From Octopus sinensis (taxonomy: Eukaryota): DNA of 64,000 nucleotides. Position numbers and translations under genes: made by a program. Under the pieces are notes generated by a model. The model was not told the origin of the DNA. It ran no database searches and worked only from the letters and a program-made list of their open reading frames with translations. Where the stretch lies: the NCBI RefSeq assembly GCF_006345805.1, contig NC_043009.1, positions 46,128,001 to 46,192,000 on the forward strand, read 5' to 3'. Numbering within the stretch: the stretch's first letter is position 1; each line of letters starts with the position of its first letter. Of the stretch, positions 47,662 to 61,569 are shown piece by piece.

Positions 47662-48078
47662 GGCGCAGGAGTGGCTGTGTGGTAAGTAGCTTGCTTACCA
47701 ACCGCATGGTTCCGGGTTCAGTCCCACTGCGTGGCACCTTGGGCAAGTGTCTTCTACTATAGCCTCGGGCCGACCAAAGCCTTGTGAGTGGATTTGGTAG
47801 ACGGAAACTGAAAGAAGCCTGTCGTATATATGTATGTATATGTATGTGCATGTATGTTTGTGTGTCTGTGTTTGTCCCCCTAGCATTGCTTGACAACCGA
47901 TGCTGGTGTGTTTATGTCCCCGTCACTTAGCGGTTCGGCAAAAGAGACCGATAGAATAAGTACTGGGCTCACAAAGAATAAGTCCCGGGGTCGAGTTGCT
48001 CGACTAAAGGCGGTGCTCCAGCATGGCCGCAGTCAAATGACTGAAACAAGTAAAAGAGTAAGAGTAAAGAGTAAAGAG
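47662..48078 (+). mobile_element. Young full-length SINE A
   Basis: Complete head, body and (gtaaaga)n tail. Confidence 0.97.
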
Positions 48079-48239
48079 ATAGATTCATCAACAAAACCTT
48101 TCACTGATCCACACTAACATCGACACTGACAAAACGTTTCTTGCTATCCGTTCATTCAATCAGTTTCTAACACCGCCATAAAAAAAATACGGACAATAAA
48201 TGAGGTCTCATCAACAAATTATATAACGTTGAAGGCCAA

Positions 48240-48400
48240 TTCCAAAGCTTACAGTTTTCTGAATGGAGCGCTACTCAGATTTGTTTCCTAAGCCACTCTT
48301 TTAAATTTATATCTATACGATCTTCTCGTTCCTGCACAAAACAAACCACCTCATGCTGTGCTGATGGCATCCTACACATGCCTTATCATTATTTTCCAGA
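48240..48400 (+). mobile_element. Very old LINE RT fragment
   Basis: TLLNLYLYDL followed by CADGI (YADD-like). Confidence 0.4.
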
Positions 48401-49296
48401 AAATGTTGCACATCCTACTGCAAAGCGTTCATGAGTCATTTACAAGCCTGTCACTGTAAAAGCAACAACAAACTTAGAGTATTATCTATCAAATCTGCAG
48501 TCTCCCTTCTAACCAGCAATACTAGAGAACATGAAACACAACACCCATAACAATATAATGCATAACTTAAATAAATATACCACACACACACACTCAAGCA
48601 CTAAGAGAGAGACAGGGGAGGAAAAAAGTGGGGGACGGAATGGAGACAAAGACACGAACGTCATCAAATGAAGAATAGAACTATATAATCGATATACTTG
48701 CTAGAAGTGGCAGTTAAAACTTTCACGACATAACATTAAAAAATTGCAAACGATACATAATTAAGTTCTAGATATCATTGAAGTGAAGACACATGCCTTG
48801 TGGTTAGGGTGTTGTGCTTACTATCATAAGGTCGTAAGTTCAATCTCTGGTGAGAGCGTCACATTGTCCTTGAACAGAGCATATCATTTCACAGTGCTTC
48901 AGTCTAAACAGGTGAAAATGAATATCAGCCGATTGCTAGTGCAGACCCTTACTTTCTCTCTAACTGTAATATATTCGATAGGCCTTGGAGTCAAGGGTGG
49001 GCTGGCTGAAAAGGATGCCTATATCAGCTTGCTACTAAAATAATTTGTGAAAAGCATGGCCCAAGCTATCAGGTGTTTTTTGTTTTTTTTTCTCTATAGA
49101 TGTCGTCGAAAAGACAGGTCGATCACATTTGGCAAAGCTGGTGTGATTTGAACTCAGAATAAATTCCACGCGTAATTTTTGCCTCGAAGATCTGACGATT
49201 GGGCTAGTACGTCTCTCTATCCCCTAAACTGTAAAGAGTAAATGTTGTTGCGGTCCTTTATTTTCCCAGTTGTGATATCTTGGCTATTCCACTATG

Positions 49297-49527
49297 TATT
49301 TCTTTACTACCCACAAGGAGCTAAACACAGAGGGGAGAAACAAGGACATACAAACGGATTGAGTCGATTATATCGACCCCAGTGCGTAACTGGTACTTAA
49401 TTTATCGACCCCGAAAGGATGAAAGGCAAAGTTGACCTCGGCGGAATTTGAACTCAGAACGTAACGGCAGACGAAATACGGCTACGCATTTCGCCCGGCG
49501 TGCTAACGGTTCTGCCAGCTCGCCGCC
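49297..49527 (-). mobile_element. SINE B with 17-bp TSD (1 mismatch)
   Basis: ttggctattcca(c/g)tatg at 49280-49296 and 49528-49544. Confidence 0.96.
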
Positions 49528-50189
49528 TTGGCTATTCCAGTATGGTCATGAATGAGGGGTTAGCGTTGACAGTGTCTAAGTCTCTTGGTGATTATATAGG
49601 CACCTAAAATAATTGACGAAAGCATGGTACTTATTACCAAGCCATACTTGCTCGTGAGTGACGTCTAGCTTTTCTGTACTGCACCGATGATATTACCATC
49701 ACTGAGGTCAAATTAATTTCCAATCTTTCAGTAATTAGCTAACACAAACGTCTTATATCTAATTATGTGAATCCGTAAACTGTAAACGGAATAAAATAAC
49801 AGGAAAGGGTGAAATAGAATAAAATGAAACGAAGTGAGGGATGAGGGAATAAAAATATAATTAGATATTCAGTATAACACATCCAATATTTCAATTCGGT
49901 GAAGACAAATATGTGCGTGTGCATATGTGGTAGTGGTGTACGTCCGTGTATGTATTTGTGTATGTGTGTGCATGTGTGCGTAAAATGATTTATTATATGT
50001 ATGTAAATTAAATTTTTTTAATGTATATACAAAGATGTATGCTTATAATTATAATTAAAAATTAACTGAGTTAGTACATTATGTAAACATGCATGAATTT
50101 AGATATGCATGTATGTACCTAAGTATATAAATATATTTAAGATTATAACTATATATATTTATATATATATATATATATATATATACTAT

Positions 50190-50570
50190 ATCTTTTATAT
50201 TTTACTTGTTTGAATCATTAGACTGCGGCCATCCTGGGGCGGCGTCATAAAGGATTTTAGTTGAACGAATCTTTTAGTCGAACGAATCTGTTTTGCCGAA
50301 CCGCTAAGTTACAGGGAGGTAAATACAGTAACATTGGTTACCAAGCGGTGGTGGCGGATAAACACAGACTCAAACACACACACACACCACACACACACAC
50401 ACACACACATACGTCGAACTTCTTACAATCTCCTTCTACCAAATCCATTGACAAGTCTTTGGCCGGCCCAATAATATAGCAGAAGATACTTGTCCAAGGT
50501 ACCAAGCAGTGGGACTCAACCCGAAACCATGTTCTTGGGAAGCAAGATTCTTACCACACAATCACGCTTA
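50190..50570 (-). mobile_element. Old SINE A
   Basis: ttttacttgtttgaatcattagactgcggccat...cccgaaaccatgttcttgggaagc. Confidence 0.8.
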
Positions 50571-50799
50571 TATTATATTATATTATATTATATTATATTA
50601 TATATTTAGAATATACAAAACTTATAAGAAATCTTACAGGTATGAGATTTTTGTTTGTAGTCTTTATGTGCATGTGTACTTGTGTTTGTGAGTGTGTATT
50701 GCAACTGGGATAAAATTTGATACGATTTAACGTGAAGAAAACTTTCTGCTGATTGATTAGGATATGCCCAGTAATAATAATGATTTCATATATTGGCAC

Positions 50800-51380
50800 A
50801 AGGCCAACAATTGCGGTGGAGGTGGTAAATCGATTACATCAACTCCAGTGTTCAGCAGATACTTATTTTGCCCATTCCTCAGCGGAATTTGAACTCAGAA
50901 CATAAAGACTGAAGAAATACTGCTAAGCAATATTTTTTTTAGATGCGGTAACGATTCTGCTAGCGCACCGCCTTATGATCAGTAATAACGGTTTTAAATG
51001 TTTGCACAAAGCCAGCAATTTCAGGGGAGGGAGTAGGTCAATTACATCGATCTCAGTGCTCAACTGGTACTGATTTTATCGAATCCGAAGGGTTGAAAGG
51101 TAAAGTCAACCTCGGCTGAATTTGAACTCAGAACGAAAAAACGGACGAAAAGCCGCTAAGCATCATGCTCGGTGTACTAACAATTCTGCTCGCTCGCTAC
51201 CTTTTCATTAGTAGTAGTAATAGTAATAATAATCCTTTCTATTATAGGCACAAGGCCTGAAATCTGGGGGAGCCGGATAGTCTATTATATCGACCCCAGT
51301 ACTCAACCGGCACTTAATTTATCGACCTCGAAAGGATGAAAGGTAAAGTCGACCTCGGCTCAATTTGAACTCAGAACGGA
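50800..51380 (-). mobile_element. Cluster of three old SINE B-related copies
   Basis: Repeated tcgattacatc..ctggtact..ttatcga..gaaaggtaaagtc..tttgaactcagaac. Confidence 0.85.
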
Positions 51381-51389
51381 AAGGCCTCC

Positions 51390-51580
51390 CTCTCCACTCT
51401 GATCCGCCTGAAAAAGTTGATCAGAAATTCGCCAGAGTGGAATGTGCCCGGACATACATCAGTGTTTCTGGCACTTGAAAGGTGCTGGTGCCAAAGATCA
51501 CATCCTCTCTCACGACATCCTTCCTCCGTGCTAAGCGGTCCATTAATTCTTTATTTGATCTCCTTACTAGAAGAAGAAGA
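51390..51580 (-). mobile_element. Possible Tx1/L1 3' fragment
   Basis: LINFFRRIRVERE resembles the C-terminal region of the element at 57050-58170. Confidence 0.4.
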
Positions 51581-52352
51581 AGAGGAAGAAGAACCTGATG
51601 GAGATTTTTTAAGATGAGAAATAAAGAATTTTTTTCTTTCTGTTTAGCTGAGCCTTTTCTTCAATGAAAAAAGAGAAACTCTCTGGATACTGTTGGAAAA
51701 TCTTTTATAAACAAATATTGCAAATTTAATTTCTCTCTGTTAATCGAGATTAATAAAGGAACCAAGTGATCTATAACGGAAACATTCGCGTTTGTTTAAT
51801 GCGATAAATGGAATTAGTAAAATTTGGTAAACAATTTCTAAACCACTCTAAGTTTTATTACGTTTGTGCAACATTCCAGTTTCGTGACACTTCTTTGTTT
51901 TACGTCAATATCGATTGTTAAATGACCTTGCAGTTTCGTGTCATTGCAGTGCTTTTATTGCCGAACCATTTTCAAATAATGGACAATAAAAACTATTTTG
52001 AATACTGGCATGAGGCCACATGGCCAAACAATTTGAAGGGCGGGTTGCAGTTGATTTAATCACTGTACTGTACTACTGGTTGCTTATTTTAATCGATCGA
52101 TGATTAGGGGGATCGAATCCAGCAACCAAATTTAAAGTGAACCTATGATCATTGAGTACAACAAAAGATTTTGATTCGGTGATTTACTGCTTTTCTCACG
52201 CCCTATAATTATAATTCCCAAAGGGTTCCACAAGGATATGCATTTAGAGGTGGATACAATATGTTACTGATACATATTTGGTCAAAATCTTGGAAGGATG
52301 GAAGGAAAAGTTAGTATATAGAACGGCAAAGTTTTAAATCAGGACACAAAAC

Positions 52353-52948
52353 GGCGGCGAGCTGGCAGAAACGTTAGCACGCCGGGTAGAATGCCTAGCG
52401 GTATTTTGTCTCTCGTTACATTGAGTTCAAACTCCGCTGAGGTCGACTTTGCCTTTTATCCTTTCGGGGTCGATTAAATAAGTACCAGTTACGCACTGGG
52501 GTCGAAGTAATCGACTTAATCCGTTTGTGTCCTTGTTTGTTCTCTCTGTGTTTATCCCCTTGTGGGTAGTAAAGAAATAGGTGTTTCGTCTGCCGCTACG
52601 TTCTGAGTTCAAATCCCGCCGAGGTCGACTTTGCCTCTCATTCTTTCGGGGTCGATAAATTAAGTACCAGTTACGCACTGGGGTCGATATAATCGACTTA
52701 ATCCCTTTGTCTGTCCTTGTTTGTTCTCTCTGTGTTTAGCCCCTTGTGGGTAGTAAAGAAATAGGTGTTTCGTCTGCCGCTACGTTCTGAGTTCAAATTC
52801 CGCCGAGGTCGACTTTGCCTCTCATCCTTTCGGGGTCGATAAATTAAGTACCAGTTACGCACTGGGGTAGATGTAATCGACTTAATCCGTTTGTCTGTCC
52901 TTATTTGTCCCCTCTATGTTTAGCCCCTTGTGGGCAAGAATGAAATAG
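52353..52948 (+). mobile_element. Head-to-tail SINE B trimer (full unit plus two 184-bp head-less units)
   Basis: Units at 52353, 52581, 52765; caaaacggcg at 52347-52356 and 52949-52958 flanks the whole array. Confidence 0.93.
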
Positions 52949-53959
52949 CAAAACGGCGTAACTTAATTCTAACTTTTAGTCAGAGATTGAAGGGTAATGT
53001 TCGTGACTATGTATTTTCTCAGGGAGTCCAAACGTGGCGAAAGAAATGAAGGAAGTTAGTCGCAAACGGGAAATTTTCGTTTGGATGTTCGTAACAGAGT
53101 AAACTCCACTAATGGTCAAGTGGTGATGTTAAACCGGTTGATAGATGAGCTATACCAATTAAAATCTCAGAATGAAAAGAGCCGAGCAAATAAAATTCCA
53201 TCCTTGACATCACTAAACTCCATATCTTCTCCTCCAAATCACAATAAGATTTGACCATTGCACTCAAAAACTGCACTGTTCATAAAATTAACAACACAAA
53301 AATTCCATATCGTAAAAAAGATAAGAAAGAAAAACACGTTCGTTCTAACCATCATCGACACTCGCGATTCTTTCAGCTCAATCTTTCGCTATTCCACCCA
53401 TACAAATAGATTCAATACCACTTAAAAAAAAAAAACGATTCAAAACACCGGCTACCCGTTAGTCTATTTCCTTACCTGTAATTTATCCCTTTATGGATCA
53501 CACTCTGCAGATACTTCTGCAAAACTATTCTCTCATCCAGAAACTGTACTCAGGTAACATCATAAGATGCAGATAATATGATAATGTTCACATCCCCCCA
53601 TCTTACTGCCGACAATTTTGCGAAACTACTCTTAAATCACATAAGAATTTGACTCTACAAGAACTGGCTAACCCCAATCCTATCGAATCAACCGTCTCCA
53701 TTTTTTCCAATAAAGCCTAAGAACCTCAGATACCAACAATTTTTTTTTAAAAAGACATTACATTGTAAAGAACAACAAAACTTGAACAAGTAGTAAATAA
53801 CAATCCAAAGAGTTACAGTTTTTTGCCAAACATTCACAACCTACACAGCCAAGAAAATAAAATGATGCACAGGCCGAATTTGACCTCAAAAGAAAGAAAC
53901 AACTACAATATAGTATAAAGTATCGAAAATCTAACTTTATAGAGAGAAAGGATACTCCT

Positions 53960-54555
53960 TTACATCGACGACAGAACTTAACTGGTACTTACTTCATCTT
54001 GCCCGCAAGGGTCGGGGAAAAAAGTCAACCTCAGCAGAATTTCAGCTCAGAACGTACAGACAAACGAAATGCCGCTCAGAATTTTGTCTGGCGTGCTAAC
54101 GATTCTTATTTCTTTATTGCCCACAAGGGGCTAAACATAGAGGCGACAAACAAGGACAGACAAACGGATTAAGTCGATTACATCGACTCCAGTGCGTAAC
54201 TGGTACTTAATTTATCGACCCCGAAAGGATGAAAGGCAAAGTCGACCTCGGAGGAATTTGAACTCAGAGCGTAACTGCAGACGAAATACCGCTAAGAATT
54301 TTGTCCGGCGTGCTAACGATTCTGCCTGCTCGTTACCTTAATAATAAAAATAATAGCTTCACTTTTTGGCATTAGATCAGCAGTTTCGGGGTAGGGGTAA
54401 GTCGATTACATCGACTCCAGTGCTCAACTGGAACTTATTTTATCGACCCCAAAAAGATGAAAGGCAAAATCGACCTTGGCGGAATTTGAACTTACAATGT
54501 GAAGAAGGGCGAAATGCCGCTAAGTATTTTGCCCGGCGTGCTAGCGATTCTACAA
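53960..54555 (-). mobile_element. Nested SINE B cluster (young copy 54107-54340 within/between older copies)
   Basis: B consensus motifs repeated three times. Confidence 0.85.
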
Positions 54556-54789
54556 GCATGTGTATTCGTTCTTTACTCGATATATTTCTGCCCAAGAGAG
54601 TGAATATTTGTGTTTGCTTAAAACCATTTGAATGGATAAAAAAAAAAATTCCTCATGTGGCTCGAAGGTAAACAGAGACATCACAACAAAAAAATAAAAT
54701 ACACTGAGACATATACGTACACAAAGGCACTCAATCACTCACACACACACACGCGCGCAAACACATGAATTTACACATAATTTGGTCAT

Positions 54790-55204
54790 TGAATGTTATA
54801 CAAATGCCAGAACTGGCTGCCATTCTATCGTACCGAAGGTACCATCCAATCCATCTACATTCAGGACCAGGTACTGCAATAGTTAAGGGTTCAAGGACCC
54901 ACAGCTCTTCAACGCCCTGTCACAAAAATTAAGAAGTCTGCATAAGGTGGAAGTAGATATCTTCAAAACGGAATTAGACATACTCCTCTCCACAATACCG
55001 GATGAACCAACAACCCGATATGAGGTGCAGACAAGGGCAGCGGAATCAGAGTCCCTTATATACAAAATGGGCCATCAGCTGAAACAAAGACACATACAGG
55101 AGTGTTGATGTGAAACACCCCAGAATGAAGAAAAGAAAAAGACCACGGTGGTACTCCAGCATGACTACAGCTGCATCGCCGAAACGAGTAAAGGATTAAA
55201 AGAG
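54790..55204 (+). mobile_element. CR1-like LINE 3' end
   Basis: PQLFNALSQKLRSLHKVEVDIFKTELDILLSTIPDEP; 3' end ggtactccagcatgactacag..gaaacgagtaaaggattaaaagag. Confidence 0.8.
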
Positions 55205-55330
55205 TATATGTAAACATGTGCATGCATATAAGTATATATACGCATGTATGCATGTGATTTAATCAGCAACTCGTTCTTGTATATATGTGTGAACTAACCT
55301 TGTGACATGAATATATATGCACACACACAC

Positions 55331-55395
<65 letters not shown>

Positions 55396-55396
55396 A

Positions 55397-55720
55397 GGAG
55401 CATTCCGTCGGTTACGACTACGAGGGTCCCAGCTGATACGATCAGCAGAACAGCTTGCTTGTGAAATTAACGTGCAAGTCGCTGAGCAATCCACAGACAC
55501 GTGTATCCTTAACGTGGTTCTCGAGGAGATTCAACGTGACACATTGTGTGATAAAGCTGGTCCTTTGAAATACAGGTACAACTCATTTTTGTCTGCTGAG
55601 TGGACTGGAGCAACGTGAAATAAAGTGCCTTGCTCAAGGACACAACGCATCGCCGGTAATTGAATTCACAACCTTACAATCGTGAGTCAAATGCCCTTAC
55701 CACTAAGCCACGCGTCTTCA
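55397..55720 (-). mobile_element. SINE C
   Basis: Reverse complement of the 9896-10209 family. Confidence 0.92.
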
Positions 55721-56474
55721 CTATATATATATATATATATATATATAGTTATGCATATAGACGTATATATGTATACTTGTGTGAGCGTGTCTCTGCTTTT
55801 CTTCTCATCGTCTGTGTGTGTGAGTGTATAGTGTGTGTATGTGTGTGCATGTGTGTATGCTTTGTGTGTGTGTGTGTGTAAGTAAGCGTTCATTTTTATA
55901 AGCTCTTCGTAATTACAAGAATATTAATTCTAATTCAATAAGTAGGGCATAAAATGGTAATTAATTTGGAGGATATCAAGACTGACTCAATCGTACTTAG
56001 TATTCTTAAGTAACGTTTCCTTTCATTGATCTTCGATGAAAAACAAAAAAAAAAGACAACAGAAATATTCAACCTCGATGGTGTATCTAATCTCAAAACG
56101 TAAAGAAATATGTCTAAAATATGATAGGGTTGACATTTTTACAGCACTTTACCACTTCCGGTCATCACCCGTCCTTCACATAACTATAAATTAGACATGT
56201 TAGAATCATTGTCTCTGTGTTTGCTTTCTTCTCACCATGTGTGTGTGTGTGTGCGTTTGTGCGGGTGTGTGTGTGTGTGTGTGTCTATATTGTGTGTATG
56301 TATTTATGTGTATGTGTGTATGTGTGTGTGTTGTGTGTGTGTATGCATGTGTGTTTTTCTTTATTATGTTAATCAACCACTGTTGTCTACACTTCATTAT
56401 TGCTGTCATCGTCGTCTCCGTCGTCATCATCTTCGTCATCACTACCACCGCCACAATCATTAGCATGACTATGA

Positions 56475-56528
<54 letters not shown>

Positions 56529-57049
56529 TGTCAACATGATCGTCTTCTTCATAAGCAGCATCTCCATTGTTTCGTACTCGTCGTTACGGCTCTAGCTGTT
56601 GTCATGGCACCGCCACCACCCACCCAAAAACCCACCCACCACCACCACCACCACCACAACAACAGCAACGTGAGCTACATCGCCGACGACGACAACCTTG
56701 ATAATAATGATGATGATTTCTTTCATTTTTCAGAGGCACATGAGATGAAGGGAACATTGCAAGAACAGTTTACAAATGTGTCTGGAAATTTGCATGAAAG
56801 AGTAGAGGAAGTAAAAGAAATTATATAAAAGCATACATTTATGCATAATATAGAAAGTATGTGAATATGTGAATGATGCAGTCAGTCCTCCTGAAACAGG
56901 TGAACCAGTAGCTAGGGCTAATTAAGGAAACTCACAGATCCAGCATCATCTTGATCACAAAAGGCAAACTCTTGTCAAATTGTTGCTCTCCAATCTCTGG
57001 CGCAAGCTTAGAGTAGATACATTCATTCTTACCCTTCTTTCAACACTCA

Positions 57050-58170
57050 CCTATCTTTTGACATATTCAATAGGAGAGAACATATCCCTCTCGACCATTT
57101 CCTTTTGAAGTAGAGCTTAGAAAGGACTATGGGGGATTGATCGAAGAGGAAAGTCACTTTCCTCAACTCTTTCAATCTTGAGCACCATACAGCCACTTCC
57201 GCCGTTACTACTAAACAAAGAAATACAGTCGGACCCGCCTTGTTAATGGTGGCTGGTGGGACAATCCTCACGACAGACTCGATTAAGAGTTTGGATTCAT
57301 CCTACACGTGACAACAGATGTTTGATATGACTCTAGATGTCAGCAATACTTGGACACTCCACGAGTGCATGCAGTACGGTTTCATTGCTCTGTGCACATC
57401 TCAGGCGGCCCTTCCTGGCGGCGTTTCCGTACTTATAGAGCTTATTTTGAATCGGCAGTGCTCCTGGTAGTATTGCCAGGTCAGACATTTCTGGTAATCT
57501 ACGGCCCGAATGTCCTCCTTAGCAAACCAACTGGTTCATCCTAGAGTTTCCTGGAGAACTGCTCTGTGCACATTTCAGGCGGCTCTGCCAGGCGGCATTT
57601 TCGTACTTATAGAGTTTATTTTCAATCGGCAGTGCCCCCGAATGTCCTCCTAAGCAAACCAACTGGTTTGTCCTAGTGTTTCCTCGAGAACATCATTACT
57701 TATCTAACACTAATTCTTTACATGTTACTAACATAAACACCGGCTGCCATTGCAGATACCAGGCGTCCAACTTTAGTCTTTTCTTACCATTCTTTGCATA
57801 GGACTGCAGATCCGTCCAAGAGATGAGCTGCGGAAAGACGTATCTTACAAATGGAGACCACGCCTGCTTACCGTTCAAGAAAATCTGCAGGTGGTGTTGG
57901 CTCAGTGCGAGTCTGCGCGTCAGGAGACACAAAATGCCGAGCCTGCGATCCAAAGGACGCTGACAACAGATGGACCACCTGACAAGTGGAATGCCTCCCT
58001 TTTGTAGAAAGCAAAAAATTAGACGCTCCAATCTGGCCAAAAGTGAACTGGAGCAAGGCACAAATGTCAACGATAAGTTATTAAGGAGGCGATGTAGGCA
58101 TTTGTAACCTCTGCTCGATCTTTCAGGAGTAGATTTCTCCTGTCCATTTCTAGTAAGGCTGAATAACAAG
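57050..58170 (-). mobile_element. Decayed Tx1/L1-clade LINE 3' portion with internal tandem duplication
   Basis: RRNLLLKDRAEVTNAYIAS, VPC..LARLERLIF.FL.KG.IPLVR.SICCQ.P...LG, zinc-knuckle RCAQSNETVLHALVECP; partial repeat 57385-57690. Confidence 0.8.
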
Positions 58171-58960
58171 AATTACTATCACTACTATCATGATTAGATT
58201 CAAAATAATCATTATCATCACCATTACCACCTTCATTCATTTTTATCACCAGAAGTGAGTGAGTCACGCAATACTGTCGGTTGCAGATCATCACTAAAGA
58301 GCTGGTATTGATAGCGAGAGATGAAAATAAAATATATATTTCTATAGGATTGAAGTTTAGTGTGAAAGACAGTACAAAGGGAATGGAAAGAGGATGACTG
58401 GATAAGAGTGATGGTTACGGTTGAAAGTGGAAAGTAATCGAATTGATATTAGATTAAGGAATGTTGTAGTTCTGACTTGCTAAGTGTTGTAGATGTAATG
58501 TAAGAAGCTTTGTATAAATGAAGAAGTGTGGAGATGAAGTGTGACCGGAAAGCCGTGCTGTTTGCGGAGAAAGAAATAAAGGCAGATGAAAGAGAAAGGA
58601 ATGAGAACGGAGTGAACGAGAAAAGAGAATGAAGAAGGAGGAGGATGAGGAAGAGGGGGAGGAATAACGATGAAAATAGAAAAGATAATAAGACTATGGA
58701 AACTAAAATATGGGGGATTTAGGGTAAAAAGATGAATGGAAAGGAGTTGAGATCAAGAAATATATACGTGGATTAACAAAAGATGTAAACGCAAGCGAGA
58801 AAACCAGAAAAACCTCAATGGCTATGAAGAAGGTCCGTTGTGATATTTGTTCTGCCCCAAGTTATATATACACCCTTGTCATCCTCCCTGTCAGAAATAA
58901 AGGGAATCAGTGATTTACACTTGTTGAAAGCCTGTGACTATGTTATGGTTCTTCAGTTTG

Positions 58961-59021
<61 letters not shown>

Positions 59022-59539
59022 TATATATATTAAATAAAGCTAGAAGTGTCACATGTGTGCTTTAGCTTGATTTACGACAAGCATCTAAAATGGTACCTCA
59101 TAGCTTAAAGATGGAAATATTGAAATCATTCCATAACATTTTTTAACAATGACACGAGGCCTTAAGATTTTATACAAGGCATATATAATTAAAAATTGAC
59201 GTACCACAAGCATGACCTAACCTGTTTCATAATAGCATCTAATATGGTACCACATAGCTTCAACAGGGGAACATCGAAACCATTCAAAATTAATTTCTAA
59301 CCCTGAGATGAACTCGTAAATGCTGATGGGAGTCGATTAAATCAACAACAATATTTGACTGGTACAAATTTTATCGGCTCCAGAATGTATGTAAAGCGAA
59401 GGCAGTTTCAGTGGATTTGAACTCGGAACATATATACCCCAATGCTTTTTTCCAACGCACTACTGCATCACTTAATCTACGGACTTAAAATTATTGAATC
59501 TTGATTTCAAATATAAACTCTTTAGTATTACTTTCTTAT

Positions 59540-59930
59540 TTTCGTCTGTCTTTACGTTCTGAGTTCAAATTCCTCCGAGGTCGACTTTGCCTTTCATCCT
59601 TTCGGGGTTCGATAAATTAAGTATCAGTTGCGTACTGGTGACGATCTAATCGACTAGCCCCCCCTCTCCCAAAATTTCGGGCCTTGTGCCTAGAGTAGAA
59701 ACGAATATTACTTTCTCATATAAAGGCAGTGAATTGGGAGAATCGTTTGCACGCCGAGCAAAATGCTAAGCAACATTTCGTTCGACTTTACGTTCTGAGT
59801 TCAAATTCCATGGAAGTTGACTTTGCCGTTCGGGGTCGATAAAATAAGTACTAGTCAAACACTAGGATCGATGTGATCGACTTATCCCGTTCCTCGAAAT
59901 TGTTGGCCTTGTCCCAAAATTTGAAATCAA
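59540..59930 (+). mobile_element. Two older SINE B-related copies
   Basis: tttacgttctgagttcaaattcc..gtcgactttgcctttcatcc. Confidence 0.85.
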
Positions 59931-61029
59931 TATTAATTCTTTATATAAGCATAAGGATCCAAGATACTTTGTTAACAATTCAATTAAACGGACGTCATTA
60001 AAAGTACATAGACACATTAGTATTAGTTTCTAACATAGGCATGAGGCCTCTAGAAGCTTTAATATTAATAGCAATTCGATTAAATGGATTTTATTAAGCG
60101 TACTCTTGGGAGGCCAATGTTTGCAAGTAACCAATCGCTTGGAATTTTAACAACTAAGATAGACCTATTAAATGGAGAGTCGCACCCGCTAAACATATTT
60201 ATAACATTGCCTTAATTACATTTTCGATAACTTTCCACGAGACTGGATCCATGACTGAAAACCTTGGTTAAGTCATCGATTATTTACGGATGAGTTTGTG
60301 CGTTTTTGGTGAGAAGAAACACTTTAATTCGATTGCTTAGACTGTCCAAATCTTTACTGAAAATATCGTATAGAAGGAGGAGAGAGAGAATGAATTATGG
60401 GAATAGTGGTATTATGGATTACAATAACTGACATAACAAGTGGGGGATTTAAGTATTTGATAGATCGGGTATCAGAAGAAATCAAGGGGAAAATAGTGAT
60501 GTAAAACATGAAAAGGTTAAGACTGGTGTTAGAATCAAAATAAGGTACCCCACGCCAAACAAATTGATTTAGTTAACTGCTTAACGTTTCCAGTTGTGAC
60601 ATACGATGAAATAATCTGTTTCAGATTAAAAGCTGCAACAGATAACATCAAATATTTCCATAAGAGAGATTATAACAGATTATGATGGAATTCATCCTTG
60701 AATAAATGTAATAGATGCTTACAGAACCAGAAAATATGCTGGAATAGTAGGGCATGCATTGATGAATGTGTAGTAAAAGAAAGAAATATAGATTTTTATG
60801 TGGGAAATAGCAAAACGATTATTTTGCCAGCTGCTTGTTAAAATAAGAACAACTTTGGGAATGGTGTGGCGGGGGAGGTCGGTTATAAAGTTTGCGTTAA
60901 AAGAAACTCTGCTACTACAGATAGATTCTCTGATCTTTATAACTCCGCACTTAGTACTTCATTCAAACCTTCATTCTTAGATACGAAACTATTCGGCTCT
61001 TTCTGTGTAGGCAGTGAGCTCTAGAAATT

Positions 61030-61200
61030 CAAGCTGAACATCACCACAACTACCTTACTAATCAGGGATTACAATGCCCATGGGTTTTCTAATTACAATG
61101 TAAAAGGAAATAAACAAATGCCAGATATCCAGCTGTATTGTGGAGATGACAGTATTATAGAGAACTGGTTGGGCTAGTTTATTTCAAGAAATTGGTGAGG
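61030..61200 (+). mobile_element. Possible APE endonuclease relic
   Basis: TTLLIRDYNAH resembles the GDFNAH motif. Confidence 0.35.
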
Positions 61201-61569
61201 TGTGATCTTCACTCAAGACTACACATTGTAGAAAAAGCAAGCAAAAGGCGATACATACATACATACATGCATACATACATACATACAGACAGACAGACCG
61301 ACAGACAGACAGACAGACAAACAGACAGGAAGACAGACAGACATAGTGCTGAAAAACGTAGAGAACAACTTTCCGCGAGTCGATAGTAAGCTCCTCGGGA
61401 AGTGCTGCCTTTCTGACGATCTCCCACACAACTCCAAAACAGCTGGACTAACATACCTCAAAAGAGAACTAGATGTAAAACGCTCACCATACCTCCCACC
61501 ACTACTACCACCGTGAAAAAAAAAAGACTGTTAATGGGTATGTTTCTTGAAGACTTGAATATGACACAA

